A DNA stretch of 54,935 nt. It comes from Gammaproteobacteria bacterium. GTDB lineage: Bacteria > Pseudomonadota > Gammaproteobacteria > Tenderiales > Tenderiaceae. The stretch lies in assembly GCA_024277755.1 (NCBI GenBank), contig JAJRUN010000002.1, forward strand, positions 1-54,935, read 5' to 3'. The notes below the pieces were generated by a model that did not search any database, was not told the origin of the DNA, and saw only the letters and a program-made list of their open reading frames with translations. Shown here piece after piece: positions 1-10,185 of this stretch (position 1 is its first letter; every line of letters starts with the position of its first letter). The position numbers and the translations under genes were made by a program.

Positions 1-1
1 C

Positions 2-1363
2 ACCGAAAACCGTTTTTACCGCAGTGTTCACCACATTCGCGAACCCTTTTATCTGGTCTGTGGTTACGGCGATACCGGCAGTCTGGTAACCAAGGCACTG
101 ACTCAGCGCGGCCTGCGCGCAGTTGCTATCGACATCAAGCAGGATCGTATCAATGAGTTATTGCTGACCGAGCTGGATGTCTACGTACCTGGATTGTGTG
201 CCGATGCCGGCGATCCAAACAATCTCAAGGCTGCCGGGCTTAAATCACCCTTTTGCGTTGGCATTCTGGCCTTGACTGATCACGACCACACCAATCTTGA
301 GATTGCCATCACAGGTAAACTTCTCAACCCCTCGCTGCGCGTCATCTGTCGTGCCGAAACCGAATCAACCCACGCCAATATGGCTTCGTTTGGCACTGAT
401 CACGTCATCAACCCATTCGAGGCCTTTGCCGAACAAATGGCGATTGCCTTGCACTCACCCGAGCTGCACACTCTGTTTGAGTGGCTGACCCAACTGCCAC
501 GTACTCGCTTACATCACCATGCCCCACCGCCACAAGGAAAATGGATTTTATGTGGCTATGGTCGCTTTGGCCACTCCATGCAAAAACACCTTAGCCGTCA
601 GGGCGTGTCGACCACGGTTGTTGAAGCCGATCCGGTGAAGACCGATTGCGTGGATAAGTGTATTGAAGGTAAGGGCACTGAAGCTATTACCCTGTTAGCC
701 GCAGGCATCAAGAGTGCCACCGGGATTGTAGCCGGCACCGATGATGATGCAGATAACCTTTCCATTCTCATGACAGCCAAACAACTCAACCCGAACATCT
801 ACACAGTGGCACGACAAAATAAACGGGGCAACGATCTGGTTTTTGAGGCCATCGACAGCAAGCATGTGATGCAGCATAGCGAGGTTGTGACGCTCAAGGT
901 GCTGGCCCTGGTCACTGCACCATTGTTATATGATTTTCTAAAATTGATCAAACAACAGGGCAATGAACAGGCCAGGCAATTGTTGCCACTCATTGAGCAG
1001 GTGTCTAATAATATCGTCCCTGATATATGGACGCTGGATATCGATCACAAATCGGCCCTGGCTGTTACCCGCGCCATCGGCGATGGCCGACAAATTCTAC
1101 TGGGGCATCTCAATAGTGACCCCCGTGACCGCAATCAACCGCTACGTTGCCTGCCGCTGTTACTAAAACGTGACAATGAAACAATCCTGCTGCCCGAAGT
1201 CAACACGGTGATCGAAACGGGCGACCAAATTCTTTTCTGCGGTCGCTACGGCATAGCCGAACTGATGGGCTGGACACTGCAAAACCACAATGTGCTGAGT
1301 TATGTAGAAACTGGCGAGACCCGCCCGGATGGTTACATCTGGCGCTGGTTTGCTAACCGTTAG
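2..1363 (+). CDS. TrkA-N/RCK (NAD-binding) domain potassium channel family protein, 5' end cut off by the window
   Basis: The frame is open from base 2 (TENRFYRSVHHIREPFYLVCGYGDTGSLV...). It has two Rossmann-type RCK motifs (LVCGYGDTG; ILCGYGRFG) and ALTDHDHTNL / AGTDDDADNL segments. The ORF-track start at 161 is internal. Confidence 0.8.
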   Translation, partial: TENRFYRSVHHIREPFYLVCGYGDTGSLVTKALTQRGLRAVAIDIKQDRINELLLTELDVYVPGLCADAGDPNNLKAAGLKSPFCVGILALTDHDHTNLEIAITGKLLNPSLRVICRAETESTHANMASFGTDHVINPFEAFAEQMAIALHSPELHTLFEWLTQLPRTRLHHHAPPPQGKWILCGYGRFGHSMQKHLSRQGVSTTVVEADPVKTDCVDKCIEGKGTEAITLLAAGIKSATGIVAGTDDDADNLSILMTAKQLNPNIYTVARQNKRGNDLVFEAIDSKHVMQHSEVVTLKVLALVTAPLLYDFLKLIKQQGNEQARQLLPLIEQVSNNIVPDIWTLDIDHKSALAVTRAIGDGRQILLGHLNSDPRDRNQPLRCLPLLLKRDNETILLPEVNTVIETGDQILFCGRYGIAELMGWTLQNHNVLSYVETGETRPDGYIWRWFANR

Positions 1364-1419
1364 GCGCAATACCAAGCGTGCCGAGCCAGGAACAAGGGCT
1401 TGGCCTGCACGTTGACAAA

Positions 1420-2106
1420 CTAGTTCCAGCTGGAGGCCCGGTTACGTCTCAAACGAGGCAAAACGAGGCCGAAAATAATGCCGACAATCAAAACCCCCGA
1501 CCCTGCCATAAACCATTTCTGGACACTGCTTTGACGTAATGCGCTATTTTCATCGGCGAGCAGTTTGTTTTCTTGTTTGACGCGTGAGATTTCTGCGGTA
1601 AGGTGTTTATTCTCTCTTTCCAGCTCAATCGGCCGACTGGCTAAATCTTGCAACTTAATATTTTCTTTCAACAATCGAGCATTTTCTTTTTCAAACTGAT
1701 TCAGCTGTTGCTGTAAATTTTTATTGGTTTTAGTTGAAGATGATGAGCTGGCACGCAGCGCTTTATTTTCAGTCTCAAGAGATTCAGCCTTGCGAACCGC
1801 ATCCGCCAATAACAATTTGGCCGTCGGGGTTTTGCTCAAATACCAGCTTCTCACCCAACCCTCCGTCCCGCCATCGGTTCTCACCTTGGAAAAATCAGTA
1901 CCATCAGCCTCTTCCAGCAATTCCAGTCGAGTCCCCGAGGACAAGGACTTTAAAATCTTGTACTCACTGCCTTGGCCTGCCCTGAGCGTAATAATAAGTT
2001 CATCATTCACATAGCGGGTTGACCCGGCAGCAAGCACCTCAACAGCAAACAAAAGCCCCAACAATGAAACAACCGCCATACTGACTTGTGAAAACTTCAT
2101 AACCAA
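1420..2106 (-). CDS. SH3 domain protein, TIGR04211/YgiM-like
   Basis: Signal peptide; RYVNDELIITLRAGQGSEYKIL bacterial SH3 motif; long coiled coil; C-terminal TM helix (WFMAGSGVLIVGIIFGLVLP) followed by basic tail. Confidence 0.85.
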   Translation of the reverse strand: MVMKFSQVSMAVVSLLGLLFAVEVLAAGSTRYVNDELIITLRAGQGSEYKILKSLSSGTRLELLEEADGTDFSKVRTDGGTEGWVRSWYLSKTPTAKLLLADAVRKAESLETENKALRASSSSSTKTNKNLQQQLNQFEKENARLLKENIKLQDLASRPIELERENKHLTAEISRVKQENKLLADENSALRQSSVQKWFMAGSGVLIVGIIFGLVLPRLRRNRASSWN

Positions 2107-2253
2107 TCAACACCTAAAATTGTTATTAATCAATCTATTGAAACAATATCCTACCACTACCCATTAAAACCAGAAAGTGATAACCCAGCTGAAAACATGG
2201 GTTTTTATTTACGATTTTCACACATTATAGCAGCCACCATCTACCCTTAAGGG

Positions 2254-2287
2254 TTGTAATAAAACTGTCACAATTGCAAAGTATGAT
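2254..2287 (+). promoter_or_regulatory. Pho box and -10 hexamer of the pstC promoter
   Basis: TTGTAAT-AAAA-CTGTCAC (2254-2271) matches the PhoB consensus CTGTCAT-A(A/T)A(T/A)-CTGT(C/A)A(C/T). TATGAT (2282-2287) lies exactly 10 bp downstream, the classical Pho promoter spacing, just ahead of pstC. Confidence 0.8.
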
Positions 2288-2315
2288 GCGCGACAAGCAT
2301 AAGGAAACATGATCT

Positions 2316-4568
2316 ATGGCCTCAGCACTTCCACCGATTGATTCCCCAGCCAGTCGACGTCATCGCCAGATGCGCCGCCTGAAGGACCAACTAGCCAAAC
2401 ATATGATTGGCTTTGGCGGCCTGGGTGTTATTGCGGCCGTCGCGCTCATTTTCATCTACCTGCTCTACGTGGTCTTTCCTCTATTTTTGCCCGGCAGCAT
2501 GGAGATTGAAGCACGTTACCAGACACCTGCCGACAACAACAGTCAAACGCTATTGCTGGCCATGGAAGAACAGACTGAGATTGCAGTTCGTTTTGATGAC
2601 AGCGGTAAATCGACTTTTTTCAGCACCAAAGATGGTTCTGTCATTGAGACCATTGAAGTAGAACTGCCCCCAGGGGCCGAAATCACCAGCTTCGCCGTGG
2701 CCACGCCACAAACACGTATTGCTGCCTATGGTCTCGATGACGGTTCGGTCGTGGTGGTGCGCCATAATTATAAGATCAGTTACCCTGACGACATTCGCAC
2801 CATCACCCCGTTCATTGACTACCCTATGGGCGAAGACCCCATTGTCATTGACGAGCTGGAACGCCCCCTGACCCGGCTTGCCATTCAGGATGGTGAGGAC
2901 ATGGCCATGATTGTCGCTATGACCGACGATGGCGAACTACTGGTCAGTAGCGGCGAAAAAGAAGTCTCCTTTCTTGATGATGCGGTCAGTGTTGAAACAG
3001 AAACATTCAGCATTGCCAATGACCTTGGCAACTATAGCTACCTGCTACTCAGTAAAGAGATGGACATTATTTACCTGGCCAATAGCAAGGGCGACATAAG
3101 CGTTTATGACGTCACCGACGCAGAATACCCGGAACAGATTGAGGCACTCAATCTCAAAACCGACATCGTCAGTTTTGAATTTCTTACTGGGGATATTTCT
3201 CTGCTGGTGGGCAACAGCAAGGGGAATGTCAGTCAGTGGTTTCCGGTCAGGGATGATAACGGCACACCACGTCTCACCAAAATTCGTGAATTTTCGCTCG
3301 GTACCAGCGCAATCACAGGCATTGCTACTGAGCATGCACGCAAAGGCTTTTTTGCCATTGATAAAAACGGCCAGCTGGGAGTCTTCCACACCACTGCCGA
3401 AAAAACCATTTTCAAAGAAAAGCTGATAGACGTTGCGGCAACAACTGTTGCCATCGCTCCGCGTGCCAACGCCGCCATAATTGAAGACAAACAAGGCAAC
3501 CTGACTTTCATCAGGCTGCACAACGAGCACCCGGGAGTGTCCTGGACATCTCTGTGGGGCGAGGTTTGGTACGAAAGCTATGCTGAACCGGATTATGTCT
3601 GGCAGTCTTCCTCCGCCAGTAATGACTTTGAAGCCAAATTCAGCCTCATTCCAATCTCTTTCGGTACCATCAAGGCCGCCTTCTATGCCATGCTGTTTGC
3701 CGTGCCACTGGCTATCTTTGGTGCCATCTACACCGCTTATTTCATGACACCGAAGATGCGCTCTGTGGTTAAACCCACCATTGAGATCATGGAGGCCCTG
3801 CCCACGGTTATCCTTGGCTTTCTGGCAGGCCTGTGGCTGGCTCCGATGCTGGAAGCCAATCTGCCGGCCATCCTCGCCATGATTTTGCTGCTGCCGCTAT
3901 CGGTGATCGCTGCCAGCTATATCTGGCACTACATGCCACCCTATATTCGCAATACAGTGTCAGACGGCTGGTTGGCGGGTCTGCTGATCCCGCTGGTGAT
4001 TCTGGTGGTGTGGATCTCTTTCAGCCTGAACCACCCCTTAGAGTCCCTGCTGTTCGGTGGCAATACCCAACAATGGCTGGATACCGAACTGGGGGTCAGT
4101 TTTGACCAGCGTAACTCTCTGGTAGTCGGTATTGCCATGGGGTTTGCTGTTATTCCTACCATTTTTTCAATCACCGAAGATGCCATCTTCGGCGTACCCA
4201 AACATCTCACCAACGGGTCACTGGCCTTGGGTGCCACCACCTGGCAAACCCTGACTCGCGTTGTTATCCTGACGGCCAGCCCAGGCATCTTCACCGCCGT
4301 CATGATCGGCTTTGGTCGTGCCGTGGGTGAAACCATGATTGTGCTGATGGCCACAGGTAACACTCCGGTAATGGATTTCAGTATCTTTCAGGGCATGCGC
4401 ACGCTATCTGCCAATATCGCCGTGGAAATGCCCGAGTCCGAGGTCGACAGCACTCACTATCGCGTCCTGTTCCTGGCGGCGCTGGTGTTGTTTATGTTTA
4501 CCTTCTTTTTTAACACGATCGCTGAGGTTGTTCGCCAGCGCCTACGTAAAAAATACGGTTCCCTCTGA
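2316..4568 (+). CDS. pstC: Phosphate ABC transporter permease PstC, long form with a periplasmic beta-propeller-like domain
   Basis: C-terminal permease motifs (GTIKAAFYAML, EIMEALPTVILG, GRAVGETMIVLMATGN) and first position in the pstA-pstB-phoU run. Confidence 0.92.
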   Translation: MASALPPIDSPASRRHRQMRRLKDQLAKHMIGFGGLGVIAAVALIFIYLLYVVFPLFLPGSMEIEARYQTPADNNSQTLLLAMEEQTEIAVRFDDSGKSTFFSTKDGSVIETIEVELPPGAEITSFAVATPQTRIAAYGLDDGSVVVVRHNYKISYPDDIRTITPFIDYPMGEDPIVIDELERPLTRLAIQDGEDMAMIVAMTDDGELLVSSGEKEVSFLDDAVSVETETFSIANDLGNYSYLLLSKEMDIIYLANSKGDISVYDVTDAEYPEQIEALNLKTDIVSFEFLTGDISLLVGNSKGNVSQWFPVRDDNGTPRLTKIREFSLGTSAITGIATEHARKGFFAIDKNGQLGVFHTTAEKTIFKEKLIDVAATTVAIAPRANAAIIEDKQGNLTFIRLHNEHPGVSWTSLWGEVWYESYAEPDYVWQSSSASNDFEAKFSLIPISFGTIKAAFYAMLFAVPLAIFGAIYTAYFMTPKMRSVVKPTIEIMEALPTVILGFLAGLWLAPMLEANLPAILAMILLLPLSVIAASYIWHYMPPYIRNTVSDGWLAGLLIPLVILVVWISFSLNHPLESLLFGGNTQQWLDTELGVSFDQRNSLVVGIAMGFAVIPTIFSITEDAIFGVPKHLTNGSLALGATTWQTLTRVVILTASPGIFTAVMIGFGRAVGETMIVLMATGNTPVMDFSIFQGMRTLSANIAVEMPESEVDSTHYRVLFLAALVLFMFTFFFNTIAEVVRQRLRKKYGSL

Positions 4569-6220
4569 TGCGTATATGGATTAAAAGTGGTTCACCCTGG
4601 GTCTGGCTGACAGCCGCGTCTGTCAGTATCAGCATCATCATGGTCGTTGGTCTGCTCATGCTGATTGCCGCACGCGGGCTGGGGCATTTCTGGCCAGCTG
4701 ATGTACACAACTTTGAGTATCGCGAAAGTGATGGCCAAACCATCAAGATCGCCGGTGAGATCCGTGATAGCGAAAGAGTCGCAACACAACAGATCATCGA
4801 CAGCGGTGTCAAACTCGACAGCACAGAGCAGTGGACTACCCGCTACCTGATCAAAACCGGTAATCGCGAACTTTACGGTATTGACTTCCGTTCGTTGCTG
4901 GATCCATTGATCAGCCAACGCAGCCAGGACACCGAAGTAATGGTGCTTGAGCGCCGTGAATGGGGCAATTTTTATGGCATCCTAAAGCAGATCAAAGTGG
5001 ATGGAAAGATCATCGCCGAGGGCAATGACAGCTGGGATGCCCTGCAAATGCAGATCACATCCAGCAGTGATGTTTATTCCACCATTCACGATATTGAACA
5101 AGGTGAGATTGGCTCGATCAACTACACCCTTGAGCGCCTGCGCCTCAAACAACGTAGTCTTGAATTAAGGGGTGAAGACAGCCCTGAAGCACTGGGTAAA
5201 ATTGAGGAAGAACGGCAGTCACTACAAAGCGAATACAAACTCTTTCAGAAAGAACTGAAGACGCACTACACAGAACTTAATCGTGCCTCGCTGGTGGCTG
5301 AAACCATTGAAGGCAAAACCGTTGAGATTGCCATATCCAAAGTAGTGCTGGCCTATCGACCCAATGGCATGACGATATTCGACAAGATCGGTTTCTATAT
5401 CCATAAGCTTTGGGAATTCGTCAGTGACGAGCCCCGTGAAGCCAATACTGAAGGTGGCATCTTTCCGGCTATCTTTGGCACCGTAATGATGGTCATCATC
5501 ATGGCCATTCTGGTGACACCATTCGGTGTCATCGCAGCGATCTATCTGCGCGAATACGCCAAACAAGGCCCGGTTATTCGCATGATCAGAATTGCGGTCA
5601 ACAATCTCGCCGGTGTGCCGTCAATCGTTTACGGCGTATTCGGTCTGGGGTTTTTCGTCTATTTTCTCGGCGGCAATATTGACCAGTTGTTCTTTCCAGA
5701 AGCCCTGCCAGCACCGACCTTTGGTACACCGGGTCTGATGTGGGCCTCCATCACCCTGGCCCTGTTAACCGTGCCAGTGGTTATCGTCTCCACCGAAGAA
5801 GGCCTGTCTCGTATTCCAAAATCAATTCGCGAAGGCAGCCTGGCGCTTGGGGCTACCAAGGCTGAGACCTTGTGGCGCACCATCATCCCCATGACCAGCC
5901 CAGCCATCATGACCGGACTGATCCTCGCGGTGGCTCGCGCTGCCGGTGAGGTGGCACCACTGATGTTGGTGGGGGTAGTAAAGCTGGCCCCCACCCTGCC
6001 ACTAGACGATGACTTTCCGTACCTACACCTGGACAGAAAGTTCATGCATCTTGGCTTTCACATCTATGATGTTGGCTTTCAGAGCCCGAATGTAGAGGCC
6101 GCACGCCCCCTGGTTTATGCCACAGCCCTGCTGCTGGTATTGATAATTATCGCGCTTAACCTGACGGCAATTGCCATCCGTAATCGTCTGCGCGAAAAAT
6201 ACAAATCACTTGAACATTAA
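4568..6220 (+). CDS. pstA: Phosphate ABC transporter permease PstA
   Basis: [30 protein letters not shown] and [10 protein letters not shown] motifs; 1-nt overlap with the pstC stop. Confidence 0.93.
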   Translation: MRIWIKSGSPWVWLTAASVSISIIMVVGLLMLIAARGLGHFWPADVHNFEYRESDGQTIKIAGEIRDSERVATQQIIDSGVKLDSTEQWTTRYLIKTGNRELYGIDFRSLLDPLISQRSQDTEVMVLERREWGNFYGILKQIKVDGKIIAEGNDSWDALQMQITSSSDVYSTIHDIEQGEIGSINYTLERLRLKQRSLELRGEDSPEALGKIEEERQSLQSEYKLFQKELKTHYTELNRASLVAETIEGKTVEIAISKVVLAYRPNGMTIFDKIGFYIHKLWEFVSDEPREANTEGGIFPAIFGTVMMVIIMAILVTPFGVIAAIYLREYAKQGPVIRMIRIAVNNLAGVPSIVYGVFGLGFFVYFLGGNIDQLFFPEALPAPTFGTPGLMWASITLALLTVPVVIVSTEEGLSRIPKSIREGSLALGATKAETLWRTIIPMTSPAIMTGLILAVARAAGEVAPLMLVGVVKLAPTLPLDDDFPYLHLDRKFMHLGFHIYDVGFQSPNVEAARPLVYATALLLVLIIIALNLTAIAIRNRLREKYKSLEH

Positions 6221-6258
6221 GCCAGACTGCAAAAAAGATTAAACAAGAGACTATTATA

Positions 6259-7098
6259 ATGAGCGATTCATCAGCCCCAATGACCCACGGCGTTAACATT
6301 GACGCTCTTAAGTCAAAACAGTCAAACACAGTAACTGATGTGACTGAAACAGCCCTGACTGTCAAAGACCTGAAGCTCTTTTACAGCGAAAAACAAGCGC
6401 TCAATGGCATTAACATGACCATTCCCAAGAAGCGCGTCACCGCCTTTATCGGTCCCAGTGGTTGTGGCAAATCAACCCTGCTGCGTTGTTTCAACCGTAT
6501 GAATGATCTGGTTGATGACGTCCGCATCGAAGGCCAAATCTTGCTGCATGATCAAGATATTTACCATCGCGATGTCGATATCGCCGCGCTACGTCGTCAG
6601 GTGGGTATGGTGTTTCAGAAACCCAACCCATTCCCCAAGTCTATCTATGAAAATGTCGCCTATGGCCTGCGTCTGATGGGAGTAAAAGACCGTCGAACCC
6701 TGGATGAAATTGTAGAGAATTCACTACGTGGTGCCGCGCTGTGGGACGAAGTCAAAGACCGCCTGCATGACAGCGCCTTTGGGCTGTCTGGTGGTCAGCA
6801 GCAACGCCTGGTCATCGCCCGTGCCATTGCTATCGAGCCAGAGGTACTGCTACTGGACGAACCTGCCTCGGCACTTGACCCGATTTCAACCCTCAAAATC
6901 GAGGAGCTTATCTACGAACTCAAGTCTAAATTCACTATCGTTATCGTTACCCACAACATGCAACAGGCCGCACGTGTCTCTGACTATACTGCCTTCATGT
7001 ACATGGGTGACCTGGTCGAATTGTCAGACACAGATACACTTTTCACTAATCCAAAACAAAAACAGACCGAAGATTACATCACCGGTCGCTACGGATAA
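6259..7098 (+). CDS. pstB: Phosphate ABC transporter ATP-binding protein PstB
   Basis: Walker [36 protein letters not shown], signature LSGGQQQR, C-terminal [10 protein letters not shown]. Confidence 0.97.
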   Translation: MSDSSAPMTHGVNIDALKSKQSNTVTDVTETALTVKDLKLFYSEKQALNGINMTIPKKRVTAFIGPSGCGKSTLLRCFNRMNDLVDDVRIEGQILLHDQDIYHRDVDIAALRRQVGMVFQKPNPFPKSIYENVAYGLRLMGVKDRRTLDEIVENSLRGAALWDEVKDRLHDSAFGLSGGQQQRLVIARAIAIEPEVLLLDEPASALDPISTLKIEELIYELKSKFTIVIVTHNMQQAARVSDYTAFMYMGDLVELSDTDTLFTNPKQKQTEDYITGRYG

Positions 7099-7110
7099 AC
7101 GGAGCCAAAC

Positions 7111-7827
7111 ATGGACAAGACAAATCAGCCACACCACATTTCACAGCAGTTTGATGTCGAACTGGAAAATCTGCGCAACCGGGTTTTTGCCATGGGTGGC
7201 CTGGTCGAAGAACAGCTCAAAAAGGCCGTCACAGCACTATCAGAGGGCGACACCAACTTGGCAGAAGAAGTCAAAAAAGGTGACCTGCAAGTCAATGCCA
7301 TGGAAATTGAGATTGATGAGGAGTGCACCCACATCATTGCCAGACGCCAGCCCACCGCCAGCGACCTGCGTCTGGTCATGGCGGTTATCAAAACCATTAC
7401 CGATCTGGAGCGGATGGGCGATCAGGCTGAAAAGGTGGCGCGTATGGGGATTGACCTGGCGGAAATGGAACGGCCCCGCAACGGTTACCTGGAGATTGAA
7501 TCACTCGGCAATCACGTTCAAATCATGATCAGTGGCGCTCTCGATGCCTTTGTACGCATGGATGCCGAAGCCGCAGTAAAAATTGCAAAAATGGATCTTA
7601 AGGTTGACCACGAATATGAATCCATTATGCGTCAAAATATCACCTTCATGATGGAAGACCCGCGCTCTATCAAACGTGTTCTGGGGGCCACCTGGGCAGC
7701 ACGAGCACTGGAACGGATTGGTGATCATGCCAAGAATATTTGTGAATACGTCATCTACCTTGTCAAAGGAAAAGATGTGCGCCACACCAGCCTGGAGCAG
7801 TTGGAAAAAGAAGTGACAAACAACTAG
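7111..7827 (+). CDS. phoU: Phosphate signalling complex protein PhoU
   Basis: HISQQFDVELE, IARRQPTASDLR, DLERMGDQA, ERIGDHAKNICEYVIY motifs. Confidence 0.97.
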   Translation: MDKTNQPHHISQQFDVELENLRNRVFAMGGLVEEQLKKAVTALSEGDTNLAEEVKKGDLQVNAMEIEIDEECTHIIARRQPTASDLRLVMAVIKTITDLERMGDQAEKVARMGIDLAEMERPRNGYLEIESLGNHVQIMISGALDAFVRMDAEAAVKIAKMDLKVDHEYESIMRQNITFMMEDPRSIKRVLGATWAARALERIGDHAKNICEYVIYLVKGKDVRHTSLEQLEKEVTNN

Positions 7828-7875
7828 GAGATGGCTAGCTCACAGGAGCAGAATAAGCTCCTTCACAAAGAGCAA

Positions 7876-8679
7876 TTAAACCCCATACCCCTTGGCATCG
7901 GGGTCTAGCCCGTCTGGCATTTTCTCCAGACGCTTGACCCCGGTTTCCAGACTGCCATCTTCATGCAGGCGAAACCAACGATAACCCGCCGCTAGATAAT
8001 CCAACTCAAATTCATCCACATTCGGTTTAAACTGAATACACGTGGAAGGTGTGCTTAATAGTCGCACACCGGCACGAACCTCACTGAATTCCTGATGCAC
8101 ATGCCCCCAGACCAAAGCCTTGACCTGCGGGTAGGCGGCCATCACTTCAAACAGTTTATCGGCATTATCCAGCCCCAGTGGGTCCAGCCACTTGCAGTCA
8201 ACCGGTACCGGGTTATGATGCAAAAAGATGATTCCATGGCGTTCGCCCGCCTGACCCAGGCACTGTTCCAGCCAAGCCAGTTCTTGCTCACCCAAATGCC
8301 CTTGAACCTGCCCTGACACCTGGGAGTTGAGCATAAGCACCTGCCAGTTACCCAGCAAAATCTGTTTCTCACAGCTAATCGGCCCCTGCCTGAACTCTGT
8401 TTGCATAAAAGCAAAGTCATCATGATTGCCCGGGATTAAATGAACAGGGGCATTTAAACTTTGCAGTGACCGGCGCAGATTTTTATACCCCTGCTCAGAT
8501 TCATCATGCACCAGGTCGCCAGTCAGCAAGGCCAGATCCATAGGCTGCTTAACAACCTCAGCGACCACCGCCTCAAACGATTGGTAGCTATTGACGCCAT
8601 ACAAACCTTCAGACGTATCTGCATAAAGATGCGGATCAGTTAACTGAACTAACTCGATTACTTTGCCTTGATTCGTCAC
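7876..8679 (-). CDS. cpdA: 3',5'-cyclic-AMP phosphodiesterase (class III metallophosphoesterase)
   Basis: QLTDPHL, TGDLVHD, PGNHDD, LHHNP, WGHVHQ, PSTCIQF and GYRW motifs. Confidence 0.9.
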   Translation of the reverse strand: MTNQGKVIELVQLTDPHLYADTSEGLYGVNSYQSFEAVVAEVVKQPMDLALLTGDLVHDESEQGYKNLRRSLQSLNAPVHLIPGNHDDFAFMQTEFRQGPISCEKQILLGNWQVLMLNSQVSGQVQGHLGEQELAWLEQCLGQAGERHGIIFLHHNPVPVDCKWLDPLGLDNADKLFEVMAAYPQVKALVWGHVHQEFSEVRAGVRLLSTPSTCIQFKPNVDEFELDYLAAGYRWFRLHEDGSLETGVKRLEKMPDGLDPDAKGYGV

Positions 8680-8680
8680 A

Positions 8681-9379
8681 TTAAGCTTCTGTTGTTTTTT
8701 TACTTTTTACAGCCACATTATCACGCAGATAAACGGGTATTGCCTGTTCAGCCGAAACCGTTTCACCCCTTTCAACAGCATGTTGCGCCAGCACGGCCAC
8801 CTCTTCCGCCCTGGCCAGCCAAGCCATGTCGTCATCATTAATTGGCAACGAAAACCTGTCTGTCAAACTATCGGCATAGACCTGCCAACCATTACCCATA
8901 CCATGCCACTGCACATCGACTTCAAGTCGCTCTGGCACAAATTCAGGCCGACAGACAATTTCATCTGACAGCAACGATACCACCCCTTGCTTTATCTGAT
9001 AAGCGCCCCAATAGACCTCACCCATGCGAGCATCAACAGCGCACAATATGGCTTGATAGCCCTTGTGTCGAAAGCCTGCCTGGGCAAGAGCTGCAAGACT
9101 TGATACCGGCACAACGGGCAGGTCGGCACCAAAGGCAATACCCTGCGCCACACTGGTCGCTATGCGCACACCGGTGAAGGCGCCCGGCCCTCGACCAAAG
9201 GCAACAGCACTGAGTTGAGATGGACTCAAACCTGCCTCAGCCATCAATTCATCAATCATCGTCAAGATCAGGTCGCCGTGACCGCGCGGTGCGACCTGGT
9301 AACGCTGCTGTATTTCGCCACGGCAAAGTAATGCGGCTGAACAGGCTTGTGTCGATGTTTCAATTGCCAGAATATTCAA
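8681..9379 (-). CDS. tsaB: tRNA t6A37 threonylcarbamoyltransferase complex subunit TsaB
   Basis: NILAIETSTQACSAAL, GRGPGAFTGVRIA, DARMGEVY, PVYLRDNVA. I chose the TTG at 9379 (MNILAIE) over the track start at 9391 because it gives the usual N-terminus. Confidence 0.93.
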   Translation of the reverse strand: MNILAIETSTQACSAALLCRGEIQQRYQVAPRGHGDLILTMIDELMAEAGLSPSQLSAVAFGRGPGAFTGVRIATSVAQGIAFGADLPVVPVSSLAALAQAGFRHKGYQAILCAVDARMGEVYWGAYQIKQGVVSLLSDEIVCRPEFVPERLEVDVQWHGMGNGWQVYADSLTDRFSLPINDDDMAWLARAEEVAVLAQHAVERGETVSAEQAIPVYLRDNVAVKSKKTTEA

Positions 9380-9403
9380 ATAGAGTTCCAAAACTTGTGC
9401 TTA

Positions 9404-9561
9404 GAGAGCTTTGCACGATACAGGCGCGAAAGAAAAATGAGCTAATATTTTTCTGATTGAGGCAGAAAATGCAGTTAATAGCGAACTATTGACAAGTTTT
9501 CTAACGAAAAGCAGGAGAATATTAGCCATTTTTACTCGTGATTGTGTCGTGCAAAGGCCTC
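9404..9561. mobile_element. 158-bp MITE-like palindromic element, copy 1 (complete)
   Basis: Imperfect terminal inverted repeats of about 50 bp (9404-9455 and 9512-9561; GAGAGCTTTGCACGATACA vs reverse complement GAGGCCTTTGCACGACACA). Internal stem GTTAATAG-cgaa-CTATTGAC. The first 111 bp are 108/111 identical to 54825-54935. Intergenic and non-coding. Confidence 0.8.
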
Positions 9562-9571
9562 ACAAAGCCGC

Positions 9572-10069
9572 TTACTGTCTCAACGACCAGACAGGTTGAT
9601 CAAGCTCATCTATCAAGCCATGACTCAACAACCATAACCGGGCATCCTCAGCATCCTGCTCAAACCATGCCCGGGCCGAGCCAAGGCGATAGCTGTAGCC
9701 CCATTCATCCATATCAGCAAACATGCGACTGCGACCGCACTCCGGAATCTGATCTGACAATATGATTTGAATATAATTGACCCCGTTTTCCTCGTCGTAA
9801 CCACCACCGGCATCCGTGTGCAGACCATCCCGGCGCGACTGGTCCATGCAGATGTAATGACAGGCCTCATGCATGGCCGAATGCAGTGGTGTATCAACCC
9901 TGACTAGCAGACGATTGGCAATCAAACCGGCCTCGCTGTCACCCCAAAAGCTGCCGGGGATTTCAGCGCCACCGGCAACCCACTCCAGCACCATGCCATA
10001 GCGGTCCAGCAAACCACTCAAATCCGTCGCATCGATCTCACCACACATCAAAACCATTCGTCTACCCAC
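9572..10069 (-). CDS. Conserved hypothetical protein with an HExxH...E metal-binding motif
   Basis: Only long ORF between the repeat and the O-methyltransferase. Globular-looking sequence with IPGSFWGDSEAGL, HSAMHEACH and GYDEENGVNYIQ. Start may be a few codons downstream. Confidence 0.7.
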   Translation of the reverse strand: MGRRMVLMCGEIDATDLSGLLDRYGMVLEWVAGGAEIPGSFWGDSEAGLIANRLLVRVDTPLHSAMHEACHYICMDQSRRDGLHTDAGGGYDEENGVNYIQIILSDQIPECGRSRMFADMDEWGYSYRLGSARAWFEQDAEDARLWLLSHGLIDELDQPVWSLRQ

Positions 10070-10185
10070 TTTTTATATCCAAGCCGCCATTTTACCCCCG
10101 CAATCAGCACTGGCAACTGGACAAATCCAGCCCCATCCTGCATATTTCGGGGTTGATTTTGCTATATAGAATATGTGAGGTTTTG

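Noticed and set aside
7844-7862. Hairpin between phoU and cpdA as a terminator
   Set aside because: Only a 6-bp stem (AGGAGC/GCTCCT) with no U tract on either strand.
9489-9520. TTGACA inside the repeat element as a portable promoter
   Set aside because: No acceptable -10 hexamer at 16-18 bp on either strand; the hexamer is part of the internal stem.
10147-10164. Sigma54-like GG-N10-GC site upstream of the O-methyltransferase
   Set aside because: The -12 part (TTGCT) fits, but the -24 part (CGGGGT) is far from TGGCAC; too weak to call.
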